Below the pieces are notes generated by a model, which saw only the letters and a program-made list of their open reading frames with translations, had not been told where the DNA came from and ran no database searches. Positions 8,801 to 18,698 of a stretch of 64,000 bases of DNA are shown piece by piece (the stretch's first letter is position 1; each line of letters begins with the position of its first letter). The position numbers were made by a program, and so were the translations under genes. The DNA comes from a virus, in the IMG/VR virus record IMGVR_UViG_3300037247_000655, positions 64,001 to 128,000 of that record; one strand, 5' to 3'.

Positions 8801-10101
8801 TAAGGACACAATTAATGCGTTCTGGGATAAATGCAGGAGGTGTTTCCGCGGCAGATCAACAAGTGAGACAAAGAGGAACTATCAGTGAACTAGATCTGAT
8901 AAGGAGGGAACAGAATGCACGTGTTGGTGGACGTAACCGCTTGAGTCTTCCCACACCAGAACAAGGATTCTTCGAGGGTAGAGGACAAGGTCTAGTCGAT
9001 ATAGCAGGCGACGAATCAGTTCGTCGACAAGTTCGTGAGAGTTTTGCGAGTATGACCATAGTATTATCGGAAGCACGTAAAAGTTTGTCTGGATTAAAAC
9101 CAGGTGCTGAAGGATTTGTTTTTGCTGCGGAAAGAGCCAAGGAATTAGGACGTCAAGTGATAGAACTACAGGTTAGTTTACAAGCATTGGATCAAGCGAC
9201 AAGTGCCGCTGCTGCGTCAGAATTAGAAACGTTAAAAAGAAGGCAAAAATTTGATGTTATACAGAAGCAGGCCGGTCTTGTCGGGAGAGTAACACCCCTA
9301 AGAGGCGAAAGAATTATATTCGACCTACAGAAAAAACACCTACAGGAACAAGCGGAATTACAAAACAGATATGATGTTATCATAGAAAAAGATCACGCTC
9401 TCAGAGTAGACTTAGCTAGAGAGATTAGCGATATCAACCAGGTTGAATCACAAGAATTTGGAAGGTCAGTGAATTCTTTTGCTGAATCTACCCGCATACA
9501 TATTACTGCTGCCGAACTAATGCACAAATCCATAGCTGATTTTGGACAATCAGTTATTGATTTCAAAAATCTCAGCACAAATACATTACCACTAGGGAAT
9601 GATTCTACTAATAGCATCACTAATGAACAAATAAGGTCGGGTGGTTTTAGCAGATCACAAGATACATCAAATGCTCAGATAATAGGTGAAGATACCGACC
9701 AGGCGATACAACAAGAAATGCTAGATATTATGAATCGCGTCATAGAAGGACAAAATAAAGAATCTAGAGAATCTATTGACAGAGAAACTACTAAAGCTAC
9801 TGGCTCGGACAAGTCGCGTGACGAACAAGGTGTGAAAATTGCACAACTGACAGAAAGTTTGAACAACCTACACGGTATTCTTAGTGAACCAAATGAGTTA
9901 AAGTTGGTAACAGATCAACGTATAGATTTAGATATATCGACCCTACCATCAGATATATCCGCTGAGATTCGTCCCCTCCTAGTAGCTGCTGCTACGCTTG
10001 CTGCGGAGACAGTATCTAGAAAAGTTATGGAGAGCTTAGCATCTAAGGGCGATTCTGAATTGTCGATAGCAGCGACAGATGTAGCGCAGGAGTTAGAATA
10101 A
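5851..10101 (+). CDS. Tail tape measure protein (TP901-like core)
   Basis: 1416 aa, Ala/Gly-rich helical; EFDKSM..., LAQAGF, TRESASAVGTSLKTLSTRL, GGRRQVSRF; hydrophobic central segments. Confidence 0.9.
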   Translation: MAQGFVVGVDLRIQRVLGLDKVKQQLSSIQGVSGGTGAVPAQFDKISSSASNAAINTAKVNKVIADTGNSAQTAGGKIGNAGNKVQGFGDQLALAGRRYAAFIGATAVAFKAVQFISAGTKAVIEFDKSMVSLSQILRVSTDQLGGLSQQFLDLSVSTGTSAAEIANAAKLLAQAGFRGAELTEAVSQLSKVPLTPIFESMDQAVDGAIAAMRQFSNEGLTVETVFDKMINVSNTYAASFPDIIEGLKRGGSAFQAIGGTLDEFIAAFTTIRSVTRESASAVGTSLKTLSTRLADPKILKFLETKNIRLLEKGQFVGPLEALKRIGDGLERTKSVQEKVSIAVRLGGRRQVSRFLALSQNMEKNNKILETSKNSYGAFSEVAEKGLQAISVKIDILVAKSKKLAIELGENLFIPFVTGLTNASTAAIALLSALQPLLPILATVGTLVAGTAITKGIGKFLGPRIANLAGPAAFTAAGGGIKGAKTALGSSPFVQAGLLIAAAEVTASFLRTSDGADTFASTLVSSTALIAAAIAIFRQQTIAQFATGGGLLPSLGKFGAIATIGAIALPLAINAAHNSAQELSNKIIESAVLSIKRIDIQPADPQSLQKGLSDLYNSIGQSVRELTKSANVNSEPSIKKSLASVGRLVSNIVEGDYATLGKLGGLTERNVRDQVKEIIDKSPKIVEDILKGISQSMVDITGRIDTTESAGRDRLIGQGLRLGLNRKQAGNFSEVIIESVGGLETWLKLIRKNTTSIQNEIRSREQLIQLTKIFIPPKLVGQLQQFSHAVDKTVRAISTSSRAFSSQISEISGGVRPPSFDFDFGAEQIRGLISSNGLKDVFSLTPDIPKFVSGMKDIDNLIDQFILTISSLPSDADFIGETDRFLDVRAPQAIKDNFGKFFDTIAQDLVEVSEGKLITADEIKDRFRKEFADLGTGASDAVVENVRKFLQGTFAQIQDELSRLGTIRGFEAAVSVRPESQADFLRTQLMRSGINAGGVSAADQQVRQRGTISELDLIRREQNARVGGRNRLSLPTPEQGFFEGRGQGLVDIAGDESVRRQVRESFASMTIVLSEARKSLSGLKPGAEGFVFAAERAKELGRQVIELQVSLQALDQATSAAAASELETLKRRQKFDVIQKQAGLVGRVTPLRGERIIFDLQKKHLQEQAELQNRYDVIIEKDHALRVDLAREISDINQVESQEFGRSVNSFAESTRIHITAAELMHKSIADFGQSVIDFKNLSTNTLPLGNDSTNSITNEQIRSGGFSRSQDTSNAQIIGEDTDQAIQQEMLDIMNRVIEGQNKESRESIDRETTKATGSDKSRDEQGVKIAQLTESLNNLHGILSEPNELKLVTDQRIDLDISTLPSDISAEIRPLLVAAATLAAETVSRKVMESLASKGDSELSIAATDVAQELE

Positions 10102-10102
10102 A

Positions 10103-11911
10103 ATGCCTTCTGGATTGTTACATGACGAAAATGTAATCTTCTATCATCCATTGGATGATTTTACTGAATATACCAAGGGTCTAGCGTGGACTTCCCTGGA
10201 TAGCAGCTCAAGTTTCGTTCCTGGAATATTGGTCAGTGGTATCAAGCTTGATCCAGGTGAGGCGTTTGAAAGAATAGTATACCCTGCTTCTACGTATGAT
10301 TCAATAGAAAATGCAAGTGGTCTAACTGCCTCTGTTTGGGTTAGTGGTTTCCTGACCTCAGACACCGTCCAAAGATTAGTAAATATAGGAATAGCCGACG
10401 ACACTATCCCCGCCGAAAGAAACGACGCAATATTATACAAGATTGGAACTACTGATGGATTTAATTCCGCTGGTAGACTCGATGGTACTTTTGGGTCTAA
10501 AGTATGGTCACCACCACCAACTAACGATACCGATTGGCATTTTTTCGTAATAGACCTTAGGTATGAAGGAACTGGGTGGAGACATCGAGTTAGTTTGGAT
10601 GGTGCGGATTGGTTGGACTTAGGAGTTAGCGCACACGGTGGAGATATCGCGACCGCAGACTCTAGGCCAATTATAAGAATAGATGATAGTACTACTGCCA
10701 CGATCGTAGTAGATGAAGTTGTTTTCTGGGGAGATAACAACCTTTTTACTGCTCAAGAACTATCTAATTTATATGAATTATACAACACTTATAACACTAC
10801 AATGGACCAATATACCTCGATTTTTGCAACCCCAGCAAGTGGAGGAATAGATCTTTTTGTCAATGGCCATGCAAGTTCTTATGGAAGTATTTCTCTCTAT
10901 ATACCAGCACAGTATGAGACGGGATCAATAGATCTGTTTCTAGCTTCTTCGCCACCAACCAGCGGTAGTGTAGACAACTTTATACACGGACACCTAGCCG
11001 TATTAGATAACAAAGATCAATACATCAAAGGGCACGAATCTGTTTCTGGTGAAGTAGACTTGTATATAAATGCAATACTTGGCTCGTCGTCACCTCTGTA
11101 CATACGGGGTCCGTTACCATCATCAAGTTCTTTGGATAATATCATTACGGGACATATTGCCGTATCTGGTGAATTCTCATTGTTCGTTGATGGCGGGACT
11201 ATCATCAATGCATTTGTAGGTGTCAATGATAACATAGAATCTGATATTGTGGACTTATTCGTCCATGGTGTCCCGTCTGGTTCTAGTCCAACTACCTCAT
11301 ACACCAATAATTCAATAGGATTATTTATAAGCGACGACGGAGATAATGACACACTAACTTTCAATCGTAACTCGTTTGTGCGAGTGGACGATCCAATATC
11401 TACGCCAAGTAGTGGTGCGTGGACGTCATTTGTAAAGGTTGGTAACTCTACAAATAACACAATGAATTTATATACCAATGGTCATGCTTCTGGTGAGCAA
11501 CCGAATGGCATTTTAGTCACCAATTCGTTCTCAACATTTATAGAAGGTTTGTCTACGAATAGTGGAGACCAGGGATTATTAGAGGACGGTTTTTCTTTTA
11601 TAGCTGAGCAAACAGCCAGTTTTGCTAAGGTGTACGATGGAGTCAGTAACGGATTTAATCTATATACATCCGGAGTAATACCTGTGGCACCACCGTCAGC
11701 GGTTTTGGATATGTTCGTGTTTGGTATTACTGGAACTGAGTCTGGTTTTTTTGATTATTATGTAAAAGGCAAGGCGGCTGTGTATAATGATATAGACCTA
11801 TTTGTTTTCGGCATAATTGGATTACCATCCGACAGTGTCTCTTTGTATCTGGAAGTAACTGCTACTGGGGTATTAAATTCAAGCAATAATGTCTATATAC
11901 ATGGTTATTAA
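10103..11911 (+). CDS. Virion/tail protein with N-terminal LamG/concanavalin-like domain and repeated xDL(F/Y)(I/V)xG motifs
   Basis: LTASVWV...DWHFFV...VDEVVFW...FTAQELSNLY LamG pattern; ~13-14 aa repeats in C-terminal half. Confidence 0.7.
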   Translation: MPSGLLHDENVIFYHPLDDFTEYTKGLAWTSLDSSSSFVPGILVSGIKLDPGEAFERIVYPASTYDSIENASGLTASVWVSGFLTSDTVQRLVNIGIADDTIPAERNDAILYKIGTTDGFNSAGRLDGTFGSKVWSPPPTNDTDWHFFVIDLRYEGTGWRHRVSLDGADWLDLGVSAHGGDIATADSRPIIRIDDSTTATIVVDEVVFWGDNNLFTAQELSNLYELYNTYNTTMDQYTSIFATPASGGIDLFVNGHASSYGSISLYIPAQYETGSIDLFLASSPPTSGSVDNFIHGHLAVLDNKDQYIKGHESVSGEVDLYINAILGSSSPLYIRGPLPSSSSLDNIITGHIAVSGEFSLFVDGGTIINAFVGVNDNIESDIVDLFVHGVPSGSSPTTSYTNNSIGLFISDDGDNDTLTFNRNSFVRVDDPISTPSSGAWTSFVKVGNSTNNTMNLYTNGHASGEQPNGILVTNSFSTFIEGLSTNSGDQGLLEDGFSFIAEQTASFAKVYDGVSNGFNLYTSGVIPVAPPSAVLDMFVFGITGTESGFFDYYVKGKAAVYNDIDLFVFGIIGLPSDSVSLYLEVTATGVLNSSNNVYIHGY

Positions 11912-11929
11912 CATTGGAAAGGTGATGTT

Positions 11930-13642
11930 ATGTCTTTAGTTTACACAAAATCTGATAGTGTAGGAAGAAAAATAATACCAGCTCCGATAGTATCGATAGC
12001 TAAAAGTTACGAGACTAACGACAATGATGTGAAAAAAGGAACTACATACTCCATAGTTCTGAAGGGGACCTTACTGCCGTACAATGGAAGCCCCAGTGGA
12101 TCTTACACAAGTATTTCCGATTCGTTTTGGAACCTTGGTGGATATCCACCAGATCAACAAATAGGGATCATTGGTGGTGAACCATTCGATTTATTACTTA
12201 GAAAACAAGAGTCTCTGAGGTGGTTATTTAATGAGGATGGTGGTGCTCTAGAATGGCAACCAGCAGGCGGTCAGCCTCCGGTTAAGTGTTATCCTAAGGT
12301 AATATCCATCAATTTCCAAGAAGGACAGTGGGCGGATAGATGTGATTATGAAATATCCTTAACTGCTTCATTAATCTACATAAATGGTACAGTGGATTCA
12401 GAAGATGATTTTTCTGATGACTTTATATCGTCATCCAACGAAACCTGGTCATTCGAAGAAGTGGATGGTCGGGAAAATAAACAATACAAGGTTGTTCACG
12501 AGGTAAATGCTAAAGGTAAGTTAGGATATGATTCTGTTGGGCATTTACAAGATGATAAACAGGCGTGGGAAAATGCTAAAGATTATGTTGATACCAGAGT
12601 TAATGGTATTGTAGATAACGATGTAATGTTCGCATCTTTAGGTGCTATCGATAAAATTACTGGACAATATAGCACAGTTATAAAGACCGACCAGGATGGT
12701 GGAACATATGGTATTACGGAAGAATGGTTGTTATCAGATGAAACTACCTACGAAGAAAGACAATTTTCCGTAGATTATGACCACGTTAAGGATGAATACA
12801 ACATTACTTATCAAGGAACTATACATGGTGTCACAGCAGATAGTCTCACTGGAGAAGTATCCAACATTGATGTTGCCAAATCTAATATTCCAGACATAGC
12901 AACGGCTAATGCAACTGCTACGTCATATGTTGGATCACTGTTAGATGGACAGACAATACCCGCCTTCCCTAGTAAAGAGACATTTGCTTTGAACCAACTG
13001 GATGGCACGGTATCATTTACATACCAGTGGAACACAGCAGACGACGGTCTATCATATATATCAGATGACTCTCAATTATCATACTCAACAGACGACCTAC
13101 TTCACACATTAACTCTAACCCAGACAGTAAACGGCAAAGGATCAACTCCAAGTTCTCGACTAGTTAATGCACGACAATCGGTATATAGTAATAGCGAAGC
13201 TCTTTTGCAAGCCAAGAGTATCGCCGCAACATCATTGGTTTACAATTTATCGTCTACAGTTCAACTCATTGATCCAAGAGAAGGAACCATTAAAACTACT
13301 TGGGTATGGACTGATAGGGACAGTAATAATTTATCGGTTACAGTTCAAACTCAAGAACAAGTTCCTGTATTAGCTACTATACCCATTCCTGGTAGAGCAA
13401 ATGGTCCAATAATACAAAACATGAATACATTAAGTTCTGAGGTTGTTACTGTAACAATGAAATCTACAAGAAATACTGTGGGATCTAATCCTAAAATACC
13501 ACGGAAACCAACCAATTTGGATCCATTATTATATCTTGATCCAGGAACCGTAGTACTTTACGTATTGAGTGATGTTGAAACATGGAATCCAATAACTAGT
13601 GCAGCAGAAAGAGTCACGAGATATCTTATAGATACACAATAG
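11930..13642 (+). CDS. Putative tail/baseplate protein
   Basis: 570 aa beta-rich ORF downstream of tape measure. Confidence 0.55.
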   Translation: MSLVYTKSDSVGRKIIPAPIVSIAKSYETNDNDVKKGTTYSIVLKGTLLPYNGSPSGSYTSISDSFWNLGGYPPDQQIGIIGGEPFDLLLRKQESLRWLFNEDGGALEWQPAGGQPPVKCYPKVISINFQEGQWADRCDYEISLTASLIYINGTVDSEDDFSDDFISSSNETWSFEEVDGRENKQYKVVHEVNAKGKLGYDSVGHLQDDKQAWENAKDYVDTRVNGIVDNDVMFASLGAIDKITGQYSTVIKTDQDGGTYGITEEWLLSDETTYEERQFSVDYDHVKDEYNITYQGTIHGVTADSLTGEVSNIDVAKSNIPDIATANATATSYVGSLLDGQTIPAFPSKETFALNQLDGTVSFTYQWNTADDGLSYISDDSQLSYSTDDLLHTLTLTQTVNGKGSTPSSRLVNARQSVYSNSEALLQAKSIAATSLVYNLSSTVQLIDPREGTIKTTWVWTDRDSNNLSVTVQTQEQVPVLATIPIPGRANGPIIQNMNTLSSEVVTVTMKSTRNTVGSNPKIPRKPTNLDPLLYLDPGTVVLYVLSDVETWNPITSAAERVTRYLIDTQ

Positions 13643-13654
13643 GGGGGATTATTA

Positions 13655-16156
13655 ATGGCAGGACAGGTACAAAGTTATCAATCTTACCACCTATTTGGTG
13701 GATTAGTACGTAATATCAATACGACATTGGGTATAAATCAAAATCCTACTGTTGTGACAGTTTCTGTGGTAAAGGATACGCAAGGTATAACTGTTGAAAA
13801 TAGACGACTTACGCACATACAAATAGGTGTATTTGATTTTCGTGGTATAGTACAGTCGTGGAGTCGGGCGAAGGTTGACATATCTGGTAAAGATGTTTAT
13901 CAGATACGTATAACAGACACCAAACCAGTATTGAATGCAGCTAACGTGATTATTGGATCTTCGTTCGACAGTGACGGTAGTCTATTGTCAACCATGACGC
14001 AATCTGAAAATTACGGGGATAATGTCATATCTATCCTCCCCAATAATGCATCACAAATAATTGAGGGTATCCCCTTTGCAACGATAAAGAGTGCTGTAGA
14101 AAGTTCTGAAATTAAATACGGAAATTCAAGATATACGGTAAAATTTAATTTCACTTTACCTGGTAGGGGAAGTGAGGTTGAATACTCCTTGGGCGGCAGA
14201 GCCCTTTCTTTGTTGGAATTAATATCTCAGATAGGTAATGATCATGGCCTGGATTGGTTCGTAACAACCTCTGAAGATAATGTTATTTCTATAAATATGT
14301 ATGGCAGAACAAGTATAACAGACAAGACTGTCGATCAATTAGCTGCATTACATCAGGGTGCCATTATTAAAAGACACGAAGGAGAGGAAAATAGGGATGC
14401 TGTTCAGAGAGTTGTTCTGATAGGTGGACATAGAACTCGTCTTAGTAAGATAAGTGGATCACAATGGGAACAATTTTGGGGATTTGACTCTAATGGAGAC
14501 AAAAGATCAGAGCCCGTATACTCAATAGAAGAAATGACTAAAATAATCAACAACAATTTTACATCAGACGACTACACAGAAGATGATGCTCAAAAAATCT
14601 TATCTTATGCTAATGAATTTTGGGGACGAAAATTTATTTCTAGCGTTGGTTCTGCCGTGATCGGTTCTGATGGTGAATCGTGGGTATTACCAACTAGTGC
14701 CGGATGGTGGTCATCCGATTCCCCACCAGAAAATCTAGATCAGGATGGTAGATTGAAATTTCAAACAGAGGATGGAAGATGGGTTACTTTTATTGCCCTT
14801 GCAATACCCGGCAATAGATTCGCTTTTGGTCCTCATGCTCTAAACTACGAATGGGATGATGAATTATTTTCTAATCCAAATACACATATCAACGACAATA
14901 ATACTATTTGTATGAAATCATCTTTGGAAATTGTTGATACTGCACAGGGTGGCGATAAATATTTTTTGATAACAACTGCTACTCCATTGCGAGTACAATC
15001 ATCTACAGAAGTAACTGAAGATTCTGTTACTTCTACAGTAACTACCAAGACGAGAGCTGATAATTTGGGATATTTATATTTAGCAGTTATTGATCAGAGG
15101 TTGACATATGGTCCATGGTCTAACGGGAATAACGCAATTGGTCGCGCTGATGTACTAATTGACACATCTTTGACTCCGTGGAATTTCGGGTACAGAGGTA
15201 TTAATGACACGATTGGTCTGAATTTATTGGATCAAGTTGCTAGAGCAAAAATCAAGACAGTTGCAGATACTGTTATGGATGCAAAGACGGTTGAATTAGA
15301 GGTCGCAGGATTACCTCAAATAAACTTAGGTGATCAATTACAAACAACAGGTGCTATAACCTCTATCCAAATAGTATTTGCTGTTAACGGCGTAAGAACT
15401 ACATATAAATCACTGCAATACACCAATGATTTATCTAAACATCTAAGAAAACAACAGGACTTACTAGATCTACTTAGACGTCAAGCATCTGAATTTAATA
15501 ACAAAACCGATAAGGATTTGGAACTAGACAAGGCTGTTAGATCATTAAAAAATGACATACCTGACCCACCAATAGACGCCGGTAATGAAGGGCAACCTAC
15601 TAGACGCGAGCTTAGAACATTACTTGGGAGAGTATATGCACGCAGTAGTTTGGATCAACCTAAATATAATGTCACGCCAATGGCGTGGTCTAGTGATATT
15701 TTTGGTGAACTTACTCTTGTCAGAGATCCTGTTGTTTTCGGGAATTATCTAAATGTGGTAAACATGAGTGAAAAACAAACTGCCCAAGGACGCTTGGCTG
15801 TAGGTACTGATGTTCAAATAAAAGAATTTGCCATTACTGATGGTGGAATAGTTTCGTATTATATGGATATTTCTGTATCTCCAACAGAGAGTTTCAAAGC
15901 AACTATCAATTTACACGTGAGCAATAGTCAACCGACATACAAGGTTACACCAGTGAATAATAGTGTGCAAGAAATCAATTTAACAGATAGGGAGCGTTTA
16001 TCATTGAATGAAGTCCTGAATATCGGAGAACCAGCAAATTTCCGTGGATATATAGACACGGGTACGGAAGTGACGATTAATTGGAATGAAAATTCTGACG
16101 GATCTTTTACTCCATTTATGGAACAGCAACTCAATCTATTTTTGCCACCATTTTAA
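13655..16156 (+). CDS. Putative tail tip/baseplate hub protein
   Basis: 833 aa in tail module; coiled coil followed by duplicated C-terminal domain. Confidence 0.55.
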   Translation: MAGQVQSYQSYHLFGGLVRNINTTLGINQNPTVVTVSVVKDTQGITVENRRLTHIQIGVFDFRGIVQSWSRAKVDISGKDVYQIRITDTKPVLNAANVIIGSSFDSDGSLLSTMTQSENYGDNVISILPNNASQIIEGIPFATIKSAVESSEIKYGNSRYTVKFNFTLPGRGSEVEYSLGGRALSLLELISQIGNDHGLDWFVTTSEDNVISINMYGRTSITDKTVDQLAALHQGAIIKRHEGEENRDAVQRVVLIGGHRTRLSKISGSQWEQFWGFDSNGDKRSEPVYSIEEMTKIINNNFTSDDYTEDDAQKILSYANEFWGRKFISSVGSAVIGSDGESWVLPTSAGWWSSDSPPENLDQDGRLKFQTEDGRWVTFIALAIPGNRFAFGPHALNYEWDDELFSNPNTHINDNNTICMKSSLEIVDTAQGGDKYFLITTATPLRVQSSTEVTEDSVTSTVTTKTRADNLGYLYLAVIDQRLTYGPWSNGNNAIGRADVLIDTSLTPWNFGYRGINDTIGLNLLDQVARAKIKTVADTVMDAKTVELEVAGLPQINLGDQLQTTGAITSIQIVFAVNGVRTTYKSLQYTNDLSKHLRKQQDLLDLLRRQASEFNNKTDKDLELDKAVRSLKNDIPDPPIDAGNEGQPTRRELRTLLGRVYARSSLDQPKYNVTPMAWSSDIFGELTLVRDPVVFGNYLNVVNMSEKQTAQGRLAVGTDVQIKEFAITDGGIVSYYMDISVSPTESFKATINLHVSNSQPTYKVTPVNNSVQEINLTDRERLSLNEVLNIGEPANFRGYIDTGTEVTINWNENSDGSFTPFMEQQLNLFLPPF

Positions 16157-16168
16157 GGGAGATGTCTT

Positions 16169-17269
16169 ATGAGGGTGGGACCGAATCAAGATATAAATAA
16201 TCCTGAAGTACTTATAACATTGGCATATGATTTTCAACGTCAAAGTGATGATTTTGGAGATCTGTTAGCAGAATACAATGCACAAAATCCTGATGTGAAT
16301 AGTGGGGCAACTATCGTTGATGTATCAATTCCATTTCTTAAAACTGACGGTTCTACGCAATTATTACATGGAGAGAGTATAGAACCAAGTGGCAACACCC
16401 TTTTATATGATATCGATTTAGTTTCTAATTCTGTTATCACAACTTATATCAACTTAGCTGAACGTTTTAGAGATTATTGGGAAACTTTGAATAATGTCAT
16501 AGATCAGGTTGGTCCATGGACCTATGATACGGAGAACGATATTGATCCAGAAGGGCCTATTTTTCTAGATTTTGGTAACAACATATCGCGTATACGTGGA
16601 TCACTGGGGGGGGTATCCTACACAACAACATCGTTTTCTTATTCCCCGTCTTCGTCCCAACCTATTCCTGCTTGGACTGGCGTTGGACCTACTTATTATA
16701 ACTACAGTACGCATCCACAATTATTACGAGAAATAGGCGATATGTCATTGATTAAAAATACAGATTCTGATATATCTTGGGAAACTATTTATTGGTATAC
16801 TAAAGACACGGATAATGGCGGGAGCTTTAGGGGTGCTGATGCATATTTTGGGGCTAATCCAAATCTCGGCTATCCTGCAGAACTACAGTATATACAATTC
16901 TACAATGATAAAACATTTCCTATATATATATCATTATCTATGAGTATTGCTTCAACAATGGAAGCTGCCTTTAGCGCTGGTCTTAGTTCATGGGCTGAAA
17001 TTGGTGATCTTGATGATTATCCAACTCCTTTTGGAGGTGAAAAATCCTTTTTATCTTCATGGATGTCAGTTGGTCAAGCAGCAACACCAGGTGAAGTTGT
17101 AAGTTTAAGTGCAGAAAGAACTGTAGAGATACCACCTGGAAAATCTGCATTTATAGGGTGTCAAGGTAGTACAGGTACGGCATCTTTCCAAGACGGAGAT
17201 ACTGGTTCCGTATCTATAACGCTAACGCTGGATGAAAAGACAATCACACATTCCGCTGTCCTTGGATAA
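16169..17269 (+). CDS. Putative tail/virion protein
   Basis: 366 aa acidic, beta-rich, in tail module. Confidence 0.5.
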   Translation: MRVGPNQDINNPEVLITLAYDFQRQSDDFGDLLAEYNAQNPDVNSGATIVDVSIPFLKTDGSTQLLHGESIEPSGNTLLYDIDLVSNSVITTYINLAERFRDYWETLNNVIDQVGPWTYDTENDIDPEGPIFLDFGNNISRIRGSLGGVSYTTTSFSYSPSSSQPIPAWTGVGPTYYNYSTHPQLLREIGDMSLIKNTDSDISWETIYWYTKDTDNGGSFRGADAYFGANPNLGYPAELQYIQFYNDKTFPIYISLSMSIASTMEAAFSAGLSSWAEIGDLDDYPTPFGGEKSFLSSWMSVGQAATPGEVVSLSAERTVEIPPGKSAFIGCQGSTGTASFQDGDTGSVSITLTLDEKTITHSAVLG

Positions 17270-17275
17270 CTAATT

Positions 17276-17283
17276 GTGTATAA
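17276..17283 (+). promoter_or_regulatory. GTGTATAA putative phage promoter motif
   Basis: In 34-nt gap upstream of 17304. Confidence 0.6.
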
Positions 17284-17303
17284 ACAAGTGAAAGGAATAC
17301 AAA

Positions 17304-17912
17304 ATGGCTGAAGTTAAGATGTACGTAGCAGAAACTGATGTTTATATCAGTACTGATGAATCATTGGGATTTTTTGGTCCTGCTGGGTTCGGAGATCCAT
17401 TATCACTTGGCGAATTCAATGGTCGTACATTCATTACAAATTCAAGTGGTTCTGTATCTTATACAGAATGTGACAACTGTAAAAAAGTATCAACATCTGG
17501 TGTTGTTATAGGACAGGTGGGAGATGGGATCAATTTACAGAATCTTCCAAATTACCTAGCAACGCTGAATATAAGGTTTACACATCCACAAGCAGTATTA
17601 GTACAAGATGCTAGATTAATAGTATCCGATGGTAGTTCTAGTGCACCTGTTGGTTTAAGTGTGTATGGCGCAGAGATAATACATACAAGTAAGTTACAAA
17701 CAGATGTTGGAACTGGAGATACGGAATGGCAACTAATGGATGGTTCAGACAACCCATTGTATTTAGTTAGTTCCCCAGGGGAATCTGGGTTTAGTCCTTT
17801 GGGACCAGCCACATTAGATACCAGACACGATTGGTATTGTGCTATGTCTGTTGCCCCAACATTACCTGGGGATAAACAGTTTGTTTTGGAAGTTTCTCTC
17901 GAATTCATCTAA
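17304..17912 (+). CDS. Putative virion structural protein (paralog of 17971..18612)
   Basis: Shares LGFFG, TFI(T/S), NIRFT, SPG.SG.SP, DTRHDWY, LE(F/Y) motifs with downstream gene. Confidence 0.65.
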   Translation: MAEVKMYVAETDVYISTDESLGFFGPAGFGDPLSLGEFNGRTFITNSSGSVSYTECDNCKKVSTSGVVIGQVGDGINLQNLPNYLATLNIRFTHPQAVLVQDARLIVSDGSSSAPVGLSVYGAEIIHTSKLQTDVGTGDTEWQLMDGSDNPLYLVSSPGESGFSPLGPATLDTRHDWYCAMSVAPTLPGDKQFVLEVSLEFI

Positions 17913-17915
17913 AAT

Positions 17916-17923
17916 GTGTATAA
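17916..17923 (+). promoter_or_regulatory. GTGTATAA putative phage promoter motif
   Basis: In gap upstream of 17971. Confidence 0.6.
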
Positions 17924-17970
17924 TATATTGGTTAAATGTATGTTTTTAATACAAAAAGGAGGTGAAAAAC

Positions 17971-18612
17971 ATGGCAGCAGCAATTAACTTTTATGCAGGA
18001 GAGGGAGCGGGGGTTTGGACAGATCTTAGTTCGTCTGGTATGGGCTTTTTCGGTGCTACATTTGGGACTTCGGTTCAAGTCGGGCAGTATCAAGATAGCA
18101 CTTTCATAAGTTCAGCTAACGGCGCTTCGGAGGGTCCTCAAGCCACTAACTGTAAGTATGACACGTCTGATGGTTCTGGAACAATCATCAATGGAGATGT
18201 GGCAGTGGCCCCGTCTGCGGTACCTATCAACTCAGGGACCATGAATATAAGGTTTACTTTTGATACGGTTGTCAAAACGCAGAATTGTCAACTACGTATC
18301 TTCGATAGGACGACCATTACCAACGGAGCAACTGGTGTAATTACACAAGTACTTCAAGTTTCCAACGGAGGTTCTGGAGTAAGTTCGAGTGGAACAGCAG
18401 AAGCACCAGCCAGTCATACGGGATGGATAGCTCCGTCTGGCTCTGGCGTAACAGTGGCACTTCTGAGCAGTGCTGGTAGTGGTGGTCTTAGTCCTTCCGG
18501 TACCGACACCACAGACACACGACACGACTGGTACGCTTGTCTATCGGCTACTCCAACCAGTATTGGTTCCAAGGAATTATTCGGACTTTATTGTCAGTTG
18601 GAATATTTGTAA
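17971..18612 (+). CDS. Putative abundant virion structural protein (Ser/Gly/Thr-rich)
   Basis: Strong RBS AGGAGGT before ATG 17971; paralog of 17304 gene. Confidence 0.65.
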   Translation: MAAAINFYAGEGAGVWTDLSSSGMGFFGATFGTSVQVGQYQDSTFISSANGASEGPQATNCKYDTSDGSGTIINGDVAVAPSAVPINSGTMNIRFTFDTVVKTQNCQLRIFDRTTITNGATGVITQVLQVSNGGSGVSSSGTAEAPASHTGWIAPSGSGVTVALLSSAGSGGLSPSGTDTTDTRHDWYACLSATPTSIGSKELFGLYCQLEYL

Positions 18613-18641
18613 CCTATTATAAGATAAGAACTTAGGAAAAC

Positions 18642-18686
18642 AGGAGTGTTGATTGTCCCGGCGATCATAGCTCCTTCTTTTATTTT
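18642..18686 (+). terminator. Terminator-like hairpin upstream of HNH gene
   Basis: AGGAG..TGATTGT-cccg-GCGATCA..CTCCT followed by TCTTTTATTTT. Confidence 0.55.
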
Positions 18687-18698
18687 CGGATACTAAAT

